DNA of 64,000 bases, from positions 92,870 through 156,869 of the forward strand of contig VMFR01000002.1 of the NCBI GenBank assembly GCA_007376135.1. Direction: 5' to 3'. This DNA comes from Parcubacteria group bacterium Gr01-1014_31 (GTDB lineage Bacteria > Patescibacteriota > Patescibacteriia > Buchananbacterales > GWA2-38-13). The notes beneath the pieces are model-generated. The model saw only the letters and a list, made by a program, of their open reading frames with translations. It made no database searches and was not told the DNA's origin. The position numbers and the translations under genes were made by a program. Numbering within the stretch: the first letter of the stretch is position 1; each line of letters begins with the position of its first letter. This document shows positions 54,244-63,181 of the stretch, piece after piece.

Positions 54244-55011
54244 CTAAAACACCCTGGTTTTCCCGACGATGACCCGCAGTTTACCGGGCAGCACGTCGAC
54301 GGTGACCGGCGTTTTTAGCACGCGCTCGCCATCCGTCAGCACCGTCGTGGATTTCCCGCCGCTGATCTTTATTTGCCGACAGGGCAGGATACTGGGCGTT
54401 GATTGCCGGCGCCGGCGGAACAGCCCGCCGCCGTTCTCGGGCGGTTCGATCACCACTTCGAGCAGCCCGTCGGCGGGGTCGAAGCGGCGGCCGACCGCAT
54501 CTGCGCTCCAACCTTCCGGCGGCAAATTGCGGATGAGGACGGTAAAGCTGCCGGCGTTGGGCTTGACGTGATACCGGCTATCCAGTTCGAAGGATGCCTG
54601 GTTGGATGGCACCCGTAGTCCGGACAGGAAATAGGTGGTGTTTGCGCGGCCGATGTCCAAACGGCTGAGCCGCCGGGCGGCGATGACGTCGCAGGCCGCC
54701 TCGCCGTTCGGGATGCCCAGCGCGGCGGCGATGACGCTGGTGCCGCCCAACGGGATAAAACCGGCCGTGACGTTGTCGTACGGGATGATCTCGTTGACGA
54801 CGCTCAAGAACGTGGCATCGTCGCCGACGGCCACCACGGTCCGTACGCCGCTCGCAACCTCATCGTGGATGAGCTCGCGGAGGTTTTTCAGCGGCGAGAG
54901 CCGGCTGATTTTGCCGCCGATCCCGAGGTCGGTCAAACGGGTTTCCACCCGCACCAGCGCGTGCTGGAATGGTTTGCCCGACAACTGGGCATCGTAAAGA
55001 TATAGGTACAT
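54244..55011 (-). CDS. diacylglycerol-kinase catalytic-domain (YegS/BmrU-like) lipid kinase
   Basis: 255 aa. TVVAVGDDATF and GFIPLGGTSVIAAALG match DAGK_cat nucleotide-binding motifs. Confidence 0.65.
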   Translation of the reverse strand: MYLYLYDAQLSGKPFQHALVRVETRLTDLGIGGKISRLSPLKNLRELIHDEVASGVRTVVAVGDDATFLSVVNEIIPYDNVTAGFIPLGGTSVIAAALGIPNGEAACDVIAARRLSRLDIGRANTTYFLSGLRVPSNQASFELDSRYHVKPNAGSFTVLIRNLPPEGWSADAVGRRFDPADGLLEVVIEPPENGGGLFRRRRQSTPSILPCRQIKISGGKSTTVLTDGERVLKTPVTVDVLPGKLRVIVGKTRVF

Positions 55012-55038
55012 ACCGCCACCCCGGCGGAGCGTTAAGGC

Positions 55039-55464
55039 CTACGCGGCCAGCTTGGCTTTTGGGAGGGGCGGACGGTTCGGGTCGGGGACGTGTTCGCGGG
55101 GCTTGGGTTCAGTGCGCGCGCGGTGTTCGCCGACCTCGACTTTGCCGTTGATCTGCGCTCCGGCAGCCACCGCCAGGACCTTGGTGCGGATGTCGCCGAA
55201 GATCTTACCGGTGCTGGTGATCTCCAGGGTTTCGCGCACCGTTACGTTACCAACGATCTCGCCGGCGACGAGCGCCGCTCCGGCGCTGACGTTGGCCGTG
55301 ATCTTGGCTTGCTCGCCGATGCGCAGCGACTGCTCGGTGCGCAGCTGTCCGCTGACCGCACCCTCTACCACGACGTCACCGGCGGCCGCAAAATCACCCT
55401 CAACTTTGACCGTTGGGCCGATGATGGTTTCGATCTCGTGTCCGGCATCGTCGCGTTTGAACAT
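55039..55464 (-). CDS. bactofilin-family cytoskeletal protein
   Basis: 141 aa from MFKRDDAGHEIETIIGPTVKVEGDFAAAGDVVVEGAVSG. Repetitive beta-helical G-x-V/I pattern (ITANVSAGAALVAGEIVGNVTV) typical of bactofilin DUF583. The longer N-terminus to 55545 would overlap the rpsT promoter. Confidence 0.65.
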   Translation of the reverse strand: MFKRDDAGHEIETIIGPTVKVEGDFAAAGDVVVEGAVSGQLRTEQSLRIGEQAKITANVSAGAALVAGEIVGNVTVRETLEITSTGKIFGDIRTKVLAVAAGAQINGKVEVGEHRARTEPKPREHVPDPNRPPLPKAKLAA

Positions 55465-55535
55465 AAAAATGGTGAAAATTATGAACGCACGATGAATGTA
55501 CCATGCCCTCCCGAGGGCCAGCAAGGGGAATGCCA

Positions 55536-55564
55536 TTGACAGCAAAAACGTTTTCGCGTATGCT
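55536..55564 (+). promoter_or_regulatory. candidate sigma70-type promoter for rpsT (TTGACA-17-TATGCT)
   Basis: TTGACA at 55536-55541, 17-nt spacer, TATGCT at 55559-55564. About 125 nt upstream of the rpsT ATG. Confidence 0.4.
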
Positions 55565-55590
55565 GTCGACTATTCTTACCGCCTCTGCCC

Positions 55591-55691
55591 GGTAGGACAA
55601 CGGGCTGGCGAGGTAGAGGTATAAACCCGACTGAGAATTATAGCGTCGTACCGCGAAGATTACACATTTGACCGTTGTCCTACCGGGTATG
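55591..55691 (+). promoter_or_regulatory. conserved inverted-repeat 5' leader element (copy A); 3' arm ends in the rpsT start codon
   Basis: GGTAGGACAACGG (55591-55603) pairs perfectly with CCGTTGTCCTACC (55672-55684), followed by GGGTATGCC with ATG at 55689. A 68-nt lower-GC core lies between the arms. Confidence 0.5.
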
Positions 55692-55955
55692 CCGATCAAA
55701 CATTCCGCCGTCCGTGATTTGCGGGTCAGCCGCAAGCGTGCCAGCGCCAACCTAAAGGTTCGCGAGAACCTGCGCTTTTTGCTGCGCCGGTGCCGTCAGC
55801 AGTTCGTCGCCAAGGATGCCGCCAAGGCAACGGCCGCCGTGGCCGCCGCGGTGTCGGCCTTTGACCGCGCTGCCCGTGCCGGTATCGTCAAGGCTGGCCA
55901 CGCCGCGCGGCACAAATCGCGTCTGATGTTGCGGCTCAACCGGCTCGGACGCTAG
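55689..55955 (+). CDS. rpsT: 30S ribosomal protein S20
   Basis: 88 aa. MPIKHSAVRDLRVSRKRASANLKVRENLRF...AGHAARHKSRLMLRLNRL matches S20. Start at the internal ATG of the 95-aa ORF. Confidence 0.85.
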   Translation: MPIKHSAVRDLRVSRKRASANLKVRENLRFLLRRCRQQFVAKDAAKATAAVAAAVSAFDRAARAGIVKAGHAARHKSRLMLRLNRLGR

Positions 55956-55979
55956 CGGCCGTTTCACCCGCGACCTGCC

Positions 55980-56004
55980 TCACCCCCGTTTCCCGGGGGT
56001 GTTT
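55980..56004. terminator. bidirectional terminator between rpsT and holA
   Basis: CACCCCCGTTTCCCGGGGGTG hairpin followed by TTTT. Confidence 0.5.
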
Positions 56005-56017
56005 TAGTATTCCTGGT

Positions 56018-56986
56018 TCATCGCGCCGCCGTCGTGAGCCAGAGCGTTAGGAGCGCCGAGCCGTTCGCCCGGCTGCTTTTGGATGCGCGGTCCAGCGTGA
56101 GCAGCGCTCGGTAGCGGGTTTCCAGTTCCGCCAGCGTGAAGTTGGTGACCTGGCCGAGCGTTTTTTTGGCGACGAACGGATGCAGCCGCAGGGCGTCGGC
56201 CATCGCCCAGGAAGTCCCCTGGTTGGGGTGGTCGGAAATCCACGCCTTGGCCAGCAGCAGGTTGCGGCAGTGCCAGGTGATCTTGGCGACCAGTTCCGGG
56301 GTGCTGACGCCGGCACGCTGCTGCTCCTGTAGCAGCCGCAGCGCTTCCGTCGTGCGCCGTTGGCCGATGGCATCCGTCAGCGCAAAGACGTTTTCCTCCA
56401 CGTCGCTCGATGCCAGCTCCTGCACATCGGGAATTGTTGCCGCGCGGCCGTGGCAGTAGGCGGAAAGTTTGGCCAATTCCCCATCCGCCCGCCACAGGTC
56501 GTTGTTGGCGCAGTCCATGAGCCGCTCCATCGCCCCCGGCGCGAATTGCGCGCCATGATGCTTGGCGCGCGTTCGGTACCAGGCGGCAAGCGGCATCCCT
56601 TGGAGGGGTTCGAACTGTTCCGCGTACGGGCTTTCTCGCAGGAATGACAGCAATGCCCCTCCTTTGCGCGTGGCGGGCAGCTCCCCTTCCCAGAAGACGG
56701 CGACGGCCGTCGCTGCCGCCGGGCGCTGCACCAGTTCCAGCACCTGTTTTTCTACCGCTGCCGTGGGTTTGCCGCCGAAAAATTCTTCGACCATGACCAG
56801 GCGTTTGGGGGCGAGGAACGGAGCGGCCAACAGCGCCTGTTCCAAATCCTCGACCTTCAGCCGCTTGCCGTCCAAGGCCGCGGTGTTATAGCCGGTCTTG
56901 TCGACTTCGCGCCGGAAACGTTCCTTGATCTGGCGGAGTTTGCCGCGGCTGCGGAAGGTGTCCGCGCCGTGGAGAAAGATGACCAT
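56018..56986 (-). CDS. holA: DNA polymerase III subunit delta
   Basis: 322 aa from MVIFLHGADTF (HolA N-terminal pattern). Overall helical clamp-loader delta architecture. The ORF could extend to 57022. Confidence 0.7.
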   Translation of the reverse strand: MVIFLHGADTFRSRGKLRQIKERFRREVDKTGYNTAALDGKRLKVEDLEQALLAAPFLAPKRLVMVEEFFGGKPTAAVEKQVLELVQRPAAATAVAVFWEGELPATRKGGALLSFLRESPYAEQFEPLQGMPLAAWYRTRAKHHGAQFAPGAMERLMDCANNDLWRADGELAKLSAYCHGRAATIPDVQELASSDVEENVFALTDAIGQRRTTEALRLLQEQQRAGVSTPELVAKITWHCRNLLLAKAWISDHPNQGTSWAMADALRLHPFVAKKTLGQVTNFTLAELETRYRALLTLDRASKSSRANGSALLTLWLTTAAR

Positions 56987-57054
56987 AGAACGGCGAAGCA
57001 AGAATCGAGAATCAGGAATCAAGGGTATGGTTGCATCGGTCGGACTCGTACTCC

Positions 57055-59802
57055 TTACTGTTTGCCTTTTATTTCGTCAACCGGCTTGAGGTCGCCCCAG
57101 TTTTTGCCGACTTCGACATGCACGAGGATCGGGACACGGAGCTGGTAGACGCCCTCCATGGTTTTCTTGACGAACCGCGCCAATGCAGCGGCGTCGCTTG
57201 CCGGTACTTCGAAGACCAGTTCGTCGTGCACTTGCAGTAGCATCCGGGCGGCCGGACAAACGGCCGGCAGCCGGTCGTGGACGGCGATCATCGCCAGCTT
57301 CATCAGATCGGCGGCCGTGCCCTGCACGGGGTGGTTGATGGCCGCGCGTTCGGCGCCTGAGCGGATCTGCGGTGCGGAGCTCGCAATTTCGGGCAGGTAG
57401 CGACGCCGGCCGAAGATGGTCTCCACGAATCCGTGCTCCAGCGCCAGCCGCTTGGTGTCCTCCAGGTAAGCGGCGATCTTCGGATGCAGCCGGAAGTAGG
57501 TATCAATGAAGGTTTTGGCTTTGTCGCGGGTGATGCCCTGGCGCTGGGACAGCCCGACCACGCCCATGCCGTAGATGATGCCGAAGTTCACTTCTTTCGC
57601 CGTTCGTCGCAATTCTTTGGTGACCTGCGCCACGGGCACATCGTGGATCTCGGCGGCGGTTCTCGTGTGCACATCCTCGCCGCGGGTGAACGCGGATATC
57701 ATCGTCGGGTCTTGCGCCAGCGAGGCGATGATGCGCAACTCGATCTGATTGTAGTCGGCCGACAGCAGGACGTTGCCGCGCTCGGCGATGAACGCTTTCC
57801 GAATTTGGCTGCCTAACGGGGTGCGGATGGGGATGTTCTGGAGGTTGGGGTCGGAGGATGACAGCCGGCCGGTGGCGGCGATGGTCTGATTGAAACTGGT
57901 GTGGAGCCGTTGATCGCGGGGAGACACCAGCTGGGGCAGCGCTTCCAAATAGGTGGACTGCAGTTTCGACAGCTCACGATATTCCATGATGAGCGGGATG
58001 ATCTGGTGCTGGTCGGCCAATTTTTCCAGTTCGCCCGCCGCCGTAGAGATGCCGGTTTTGGTGCGGCCCAGCCCGACGGTGGAGATTTTGAGCTTGCCGA
58101 ACAGGACCTCTTTCATCTGCAAGGGGGAGGCGATGTTGAACGGTACGCCCGCCAGGTCGTGGATCTTGGATTCCAGTTTGGCCAGCTGTTTGCCGACAGT
58201 CGTCGACATTTTTTTCAGGAACGCCGTATCAAGTTTGATGCCGTGCCGCTCCATTCGCGCCAGCACCTGGATGAGCGGCAGTTCGATCTTTTCCAGCAAG
58301 CCGAGCTGGTTTTTATTCTCCAGTTCGCGGTGCAGGCGAGAAAACAGCCGCAGCGAGTAGTCGGCATCGGCGCAGGCGTAGGGCACCACCTGGTCCAGCG
58401 GCACCTCGGTCATCGAGCGCTGCTTGGCCCCGCTGCCGATGAGGTCGGTGATTTGCGTCATTTGGAAACCGAACTCCGAGAAGCTCAACCCATCAAGACC
58501 GTGCTGCCGGGAACCGGGGTTCAGCAGGTACGACGCGATCATGGAGTCAAAAGCGATGCCGGAGAGCGGCAGCCCCGCGGTTTCGAGGCTGTGGAGGTCG
58601 AATTTCAAATTATGCCCTGTTTTCGGAATGCCAGCGTCGGACAGCATCGGTTTGAGTTTGGCCAGCAGTTCGGGTTTGGGCAGGACGAACGCCGCCTCCC
58701 CTTCCGCCCAGGCCAGGCTGATGCCGACCAGGTCAGCCGTCAGGGGATCCAGGCTCGAGGTCTCCGTGTCCACGGCGATCAGGGGTGCGCGGCGGATGTG
58801 CGACAGCACATCATCCAGTTTGTTCGCATCATCCACCAGCCGGTAGCCGGGCAGCAGTTTCGTGGGCGCGTCGTTCTGGGCGTTGCCCAACGCGAGCGCC
58901 CCCTGGGCGTCGGCGACGTGCTTGCTGGCGGGTAGCCGGTTGATGAGCGACTTGAACTCCAGCTCGGAGAATAGCCGTATCACGGCTGCCGGGTCGTAGG
59001 CCCCGACCTCGCACTCGTTCAGATGGAATTTGACCGGGGCATCGGTCGTGATCTTGCACAGCCGTTTGGCCAGGAGGGCTTTTTCCCGATGCTCCTGCAG
59101 CAGCGCGCGCGTGCGGACGGGAATTGCGGGGTCCTCCACGTGTTGGTAGAGGTTTTCCAGGCTGCCGAATTGTTGCAGCAGCGCGGTGGCCGTTTTTTCC
59201 CCGATGCCGGGTACGCCCGGGATGTTGTCGGACGGGTCGCCTCGCAACGCCTTGTAGTCCACCAGCTGTTCGGGGTTGAGGCCGAATTTTTCCCGCACCG
59301 CGGCCGCATCGTAGGTAACGGTGTCGGCGATGCCCTGCCGCAGGGCGTACACGGACACGCCCGGCGCAACCAGTTGAAGTGCATCCTGGTCGCCGGTGAC
59401 CACGATCCGCTCCAGGCCGCGGGCGGCGGGGTTCGCAACCAGGCTGCCGATCAAGTCGTCGGCTTCCAGGCCCGGCTGTTCAAACAGCGGCAGTCCGAAG
59501 GCGGCAACCACTTGCCGGATACGGTCGAACTGGTCGTAGAATTCCTGGGGTTTTTTGACCCGTTGCGCTTTGTACTCGGGGAATTCGTGGTGGCGGAAAT
59601 TTTTGCCCGGCGCGTCCATGGTGACGGCCAGATACCGCGGTTTCAGGTCCTTGATGACCTTGAGGAGGATGCTGGCGAACCCGAAGACCGCGTTGACCAA
59701 TTCACCCTTGCTGTTTCGCATGGTCTGGGGCAGCGCATGCCAGGCGCGATGAATAATTGCATTTCCATCGATGATCACCAGCTTGTCTTTTCGGTCGCTC
59801 AT
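57055..59802 (-). CDS. polA: DNA polymerase I
   Basis: 915 aa. 5'-3' exonuclease N-terminus (KLVIIDGNAIIHRAWHA), 3'-5' exo region, and polymerase motifs A, B and C (DYNQIELR, RRTAKEVNFGIIYG, VHDELVFE). Confidence 0.9.
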   Translation of the reverse strand: MSDRKDKLVIIDGNAIIHRAWHALPQTMRNSKGELVNAVFGFASILLKVIKDLKPRYLAVTMDAPGKNFRHHEFPEYKAQRVKKPQEFYDQFDRIRQVVAAFGLPLFEQPGLEADDLIGSLVANPAARGLERIVVTGDQDALQLVAPGVSVYALRQGIADTVTYDAAAVREKFGLNPEQLVDYKALRGDPSDNIPGVPGIGEKTATALLQQFGSLENLYQHVEDPAIPVRTRALLQEHREKALLAKRLCKITTDAPVKFHLNECEVGAYDPAAVIRLFSELEFKSLINRLPASKHVADAQGALALGNAQNDAPTKLLPGYRLVDDANKLDDVLSHIRRAPLIAVDTETSSLDPLTADLVGISLAWAEGEAAFVLPKPELLAKLKPMLSDAGIPKTGHNLKFDLHSLETAGLPLSGIAFDSMIASYLLNPGSRQHGLDGLSFSEFGFQMTQITDLIGSGAKQRSMTEVPLDQVVPYACADADYSLRLFSRLHRELENKNQLGLLEKIELPLIQVLARMERHGIKLDTAFLKKMSTTVGKQLAKLESKIHDLAGVPFNIASPLQMKEVLFGKLKISTVGLGRTKTGISTAAGELEKLADQHQIIPLIMEYRELSKLQSTYLEALPQLVSPRDQRLHTSFNQTIAATGRLSSSDPNLQNIPIRTPLGSQIRKAFIAERGNVLLSADYNQIELRIIASLAQDPTMISAFTRGEDVHTRTAAEIHDVPVAQVTKELRRTAKEVNFGIIYGMGVVGLSQRQGITRDKAKTFIDTYFRLHPKIAAYLEDTKRLALEHGFVETIFGRRRYLPEIASSAPQIRSGAERAAINHPVQGTAADLMKLAMIAVHDRLPAVCPAARMLLQVHDELVFEVPASDAAALARFVKKTMEGVYQLRVPILVHVEVGKNWGDLKPVDEIKGKQ

Positions 59803-60109
59803 ACTATTGCAGCGTTACCGCCTGCCCCGTACGAAGCTGAGGGCAGAAATTTGTCTCTCCTGGAGCGAGCCGCAGGCGGTTGACCGCGCCGGAAAGACTG
59901 TAGCCTTTCTGTAAACCCAAGCCCGCGAGCTTTCGTGCGGGGTCGATGATGACCAGCTTGTCCTTTTTTTCAGCCATAACGGTAGTATAGCACCCTGGGT
60001 GCGGCCGCAAACCCGGCGTTTCCCGTTGTTTTTAAGCCGACGATTTGCTATTTTGACAGCGTTACCGCGGGGGGTGGCAGTTGCTGCGCACGCCCCGCGT
60101 TCCCTATCT

Positions 60110-60224
60110 GGTATGCTCGGTAGGACAACGGATCTCACGGAGCAAGGCATACGATACACGGATTAATTATTTTTTGGTCCTAAACGCAATTACTCCATTC
60201 GGCCGTTGTACTACCGGGTATGCA
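60110..60224 (+). promoter_or_regulatory. conserved inverted-repeat 5' leader element (copy B); 3' arm contains the smc start codon
   Basis: GGTATGCTCGGTAGGACAACGG (60110-60131) and CCGTTGTACTACCGGGTATGCA (60203-60224, ATG at 60220). The ACAACGG/CCGTTGT pair carries a compensatory change relative to copy C (ACAATGG/CCATTGT). Confidence 0.5.
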
Positions 60225-62502
60225 TTTAGAATCCCTGGAGATCACCGGTTTCAAGTCATTCGCCACTACCACCGCGCTGAAATTCCCGGCTGCGGCTGCT
60301 GGTACTCGTGGCGGCATTACCGCCATCGTCGGGCCCAACGGTTCGGGCAAGTCCAACATCACCGACGGCATCCGCTGGGCGCTGGGCGAGCAGTCGCTGA
60401 AAACCCTGCGCGGCAAGAAGGCCGAGGATGTCATCTTTTCCGGCTCGGACAAGAAGGCGCGGCTGGGGTTGGCCGAAGTATCGCTGGTGCTCAACAACGA
60501 GGACCGCGCGATGCCCGTGGATTTCCCCGAAGTCGTCATCACCCGGCGGCTGTACCGCAACGGCGAGGGAGAATATCTTTTGAACAAGCAGCCCATTCGG
60601 CTGACCGACGCGGTGCTGCTGATGGCCAAAGCCAATTTCGGCCAGAAGAGCTACTCCGTCATCGGCCAGGGCATGGTGGATGCCATCCTCAACGCCACTC
60701 CCCAAGAGCGCAAGGAATTCTTCGAGGAGGCCGCCGGCGTCAAGCAATACCAGCTCAAGCGCGAGCAGTCGGTGCGGAAACTGCAGCACACTTGGGAGAA
60801 CATCAGGCAGGCGGAAGCGGTCATCGAAGAGATCGAGCCGCGGCTGCGTTCCCTGCAGCGGCAGGTGAAAAAGCTCGAACAGCGCGAGCAGCTCATCCAA
60901 GAATTGTCCGGCAAGCAGCGCGAGTACTATGGCCGCGCGTGGCGTGCCATGCAGGAGGAGGAGTGTGTGGTCAAACCGCGCGTGCAGGAGCTCACGGGAC
61001 AGCTGCAGGAGCAGACCCGCCAGCTGCAAGCGGTCCAACAGCAGCTTGACCGGTTGGAGCAGGAGGACCGTCGGACCGAGGTATTCAACCGGCTGCAACA
61101 GCGCTACCAGAAAGCCGTGGAGGCCAAGTCCCAGCTGCGGGAAACCCAACTTTTGCTGCGCAACAAGATAGAATTGGCCAAGACCAAGGCCGCGCTTTCC
61201 GCCATTCCCGTGCCGCTGCCCGAGATCGTTACCCGCCTGGAGCGCGTGGCCGCGACCTACGATGATTTTTTACAGCAGCTGTCCGCCGCCCGGAAGCCCG
61301 AGGACCTCGCGCGGCTGCAGGAGCGCGCCAAGACCGTGAGCGGAACGTTGCGCGAGCTCTTGGCCGAGCTGCAGCACGGGAAGAAGCAACAGACGGCTGC
61401 CGTGGACCCGCAGATGGTCGCCGACCTGGAGCGCGCGAGCGGCAAACTGGAAGCGCTCGAAGCGGAGGTTGTTTCCGCGCAGCGGGAGATCACCGAGTTC
61501 AACACCACCGAGGAGGCCAAGCGCGGGAAATTTTTCGACCTCCAGCGCCAGTTCCAAGCCCGGCAGCAGGAATTGAATGCGACCGCCGCCCAGCTGTCCG
61601 AGTTGCGAGTGGCGATGGCCAAATTGGACACGCGGCGCGAAGCATTGGAAGAAGAGGTGAAGACCGAGCTGCAGTCCACCGCGTGGCTGCACGACTACCA
61701 GCCCGCCGGCGCGGGCGAGGACCCGCAGCTGAGCTCAAGCGTCCACCAGTTGAAGCGCCAGCTGGAGTTCATCGGCGGCATTGAGCCCCAGACCGTCAGT
61801 GAGTACCACCAGACCAAAGAGCGTTACGATTTTTTGAGCACCCAGGTTGCCGATCTGCGCACGGCGCTGGAGCAGCTGCGCACGGTCATTGAGGAGTTGG
61901 ATGGAACCATTCACCGGCAGTTCCACGACTCGTTCCGCCAGATCAACCACGAATTCGGGCGCTACTTCAAGGTATTGTTCAACGGCGGAAAAGCGGAACT
62001 GGACGCCATCACCCAGGAGGTGGCGGAGGCCGAGGAGGAAAAGCAGGTGGAGGCTGCCGCCGAAGGCGTGGAGGTTGCCGATGAAGCCGACCAGGAGGAA
62101 GAGGAGATTAGGCGGCTCTTGCGCGGTCGCACCGGCAAAGTGGTTGTTGGCGTGGAGATCCGCGCCACGCCCCCGGGCAAGAAGCTGGTGTCGGTGACCA
62201 TGCTGTCGGGCGGCGAGCGGGCGCTCACGTCCATCGCGCTCATTTCCGCCATCATTGCCAACAACCCCTCGCCCTTCGTGGTGCTCGATGAGGTGGATGC
62301 CGCTCTGGACGAGGCCAATTCCGAACGGTTTGGCGCCATCCTGGAGGAGCTGTCCGGCAAGACCCAGTTCATCGTCATCACCCACAACCGCGCCACCATG
62401 CACCGCGCGGCGGTTCTCTATGGCGTGACCATGGGCGACGACGGCGTGTCGCGTATCCTTTCGCTGCAGCTGGAGGAGGGGGAGAAATTGGTGAATCGGT
62501 AG
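60220..62502 (+). CDS. smc: chromosome segregation protein SMC (short form)
   Basis: 760 aa. N-terminal Walker A GPNGSGKSNI. C-terminal signature LSGGERALTSIAL and Walker B VLDEVDAALD. Long coiled-coil middle. Located upstream of rpsP and the KH-protein gene, as smc is in many bacteria. Shorter than canonical SMC, with no obvious hinge. Confidence 0.7.
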   Translation: MHLESLEITGFKSFATTTALKFPAAAAGTRGGITAIVGPNGSGKSNITDGIRWALGEQSLKTLRGKKAEDVIFSGSDKKARLGLAEVSLVLNNEDRAMPVDFPEVVITRRLYRNGEGEYLLNKQPIRLTDAVLLMAKANFGQKSYSVIGQGMVDAILNATPQERKEFFEEAAGVKQYQLKREQSVRKLQHTWENIRQAEAVIEEIEPRLRSLQRQVKKLEQREQLIQELSGKQREYYGRAWRAMQEEECVVKPRVQELTGQLQEQTRQLQAVQQQLDRLEQEDRRTEVFNRLQQRYQKAVEAKSQLRETQLLLRNKIELAKTKAALSAIPVPLPEIVTRLERVAATYDDFLQQLSAARKPEDLARLQERAKTVSGTLRELLAELQHGKKQQTAAVDPQMVADLERASGKLEALEAEVVSAQREITEFNTTEEAKRGKFFDLQRQFQARQQELNATAAQLSELRVAMAKLDTRREALEEEVKTELQSTAWLHDYQPAGAGEDPQLSSSVHQLKRQLEFIGGIEPQTVSEYHQTKERYDFLSTQVADLRTALEQLRTVIEELDGTIHRQFHDSFRQINHEFGRYFKVLFNGGKAELDAITQEVAEAEEEKQVEAAAEGVEVADEADQEEEEIRRLLRGRTGKVVVGVEIRATPPGKKLVSVTMLSGGERALTSIALISAIIANNPSPFVVLDEVDAALDEANSERFGAILEELSGKTQFIVITHNRATMHRAAVLYGVTMGDDGVSRILSLQLEEGEKLVNR

Positions 62503-62541
62503 CGGAATACTAAGTAGTAAGTTCTAAGAAACTTTTGGTTC

Positions 62542-62570
62542 TTGACTTTTCTTCCCCTTTCCGATAATCT
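62542..62570 (+). promoter_or_regulatory. candidate promoter for rpsP (TTGACT-17-TAATCT), bracketed by a 19-bp inverted repeat
   Basis: TTGACT at 62542-62547, 17-nt spacer, TAATCT at 62565-62570. Flanked by CTAAGTAGTAAGTTCTAAG (62510-62528) and its inverse CTTAGAACTTAGTACTTAG (62579-62597). Confidence 0.4.
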
Positions 62571-62609
62571 GCATAGCACTTAGAACTTAGTACTTAGCAC
62601 TGTCCGAAA

Positions 62610-62951
62610 ATGCTCGCCATTCGTTTCGCCCGCGTCGGCAAGACCAAGCAGCCCACCTACCGTATCACGGTGTCCGAAAAGGGCCGTGATCTGTTCGGTC
62701 GCAGCCTGGAGATCCTGGGCCACTACAACCCCCGTTCCAAGGTGTGTGACGTCAACGCGGAGCGCATCAAGTATTGGCTGTCGGTCGGTGCCGCTGCTTC
62801 CCCCACCGTCCACAACCTTTTGGTGGACCAGCACGTCATTGAGGGTCCCAAGATCAAGGTGACGCGCGGCAAAAAGAAAGCCGCCGAAACACCGGCCGCC
62901 GCCGCGCCCGCTGCTCCCGCTCCTGCCAAGGCCAAACCGGCCGCCGCGTAG
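62610..62951 (+). CDS. rpsP: 30S ribosomal protein S16 with Ala/Pro/Lys-rich C-terminal tail
   Basis: 113 aa. MLAIRFARVGKTKQPTYRITVSEKGRDLFGRSLEILGHYNP matches S16. Low-complexity tail AAAPAAPAPAKAKPAAA. Confidence 0.85.
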   Translation: MLAIRFARVGKTKQPTYRITVSEKGRDLFGRSLEILGHYNPRSKVCDVNAERIKYWLSVGAAASPTVHNLLVDQHVIEGPKIKVTRGKKKAAETPAAAAPAAPAPAKAKPAAA

Positions 62952-63181
62952 AATTCACCCCTCCGATATCCGCAACGAACCGCCGCCGCCGGTTCGTTTT
63001 GATGTCGGTGAATGTTTGATTTCCCTGCTGTTGACGGTGGTAGGGGGCTATGCTAGCGTAGGCTTACATTCACCAGAGCGGCAAATTCCGGAGAACTACT
63101 AAGGTTTTCGGATCGTCGAAACCGTGCTGGTAGCTAATGATTAACGCTCCGCACTTGCGCGGAGTTTCCTGAGCCAGTCCT

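Noticed and set aside
55039-55545. Longer 168-aa form of the bactofilin gene
   Set aside because: The 27 extra N-terminal residues (MLSMAFPLLALGRAWYIHRAFIIFTIF) are not part of the bactofilin domain and would overlap the rpsT promoter and leader. The internal start at 55464 was preferred.
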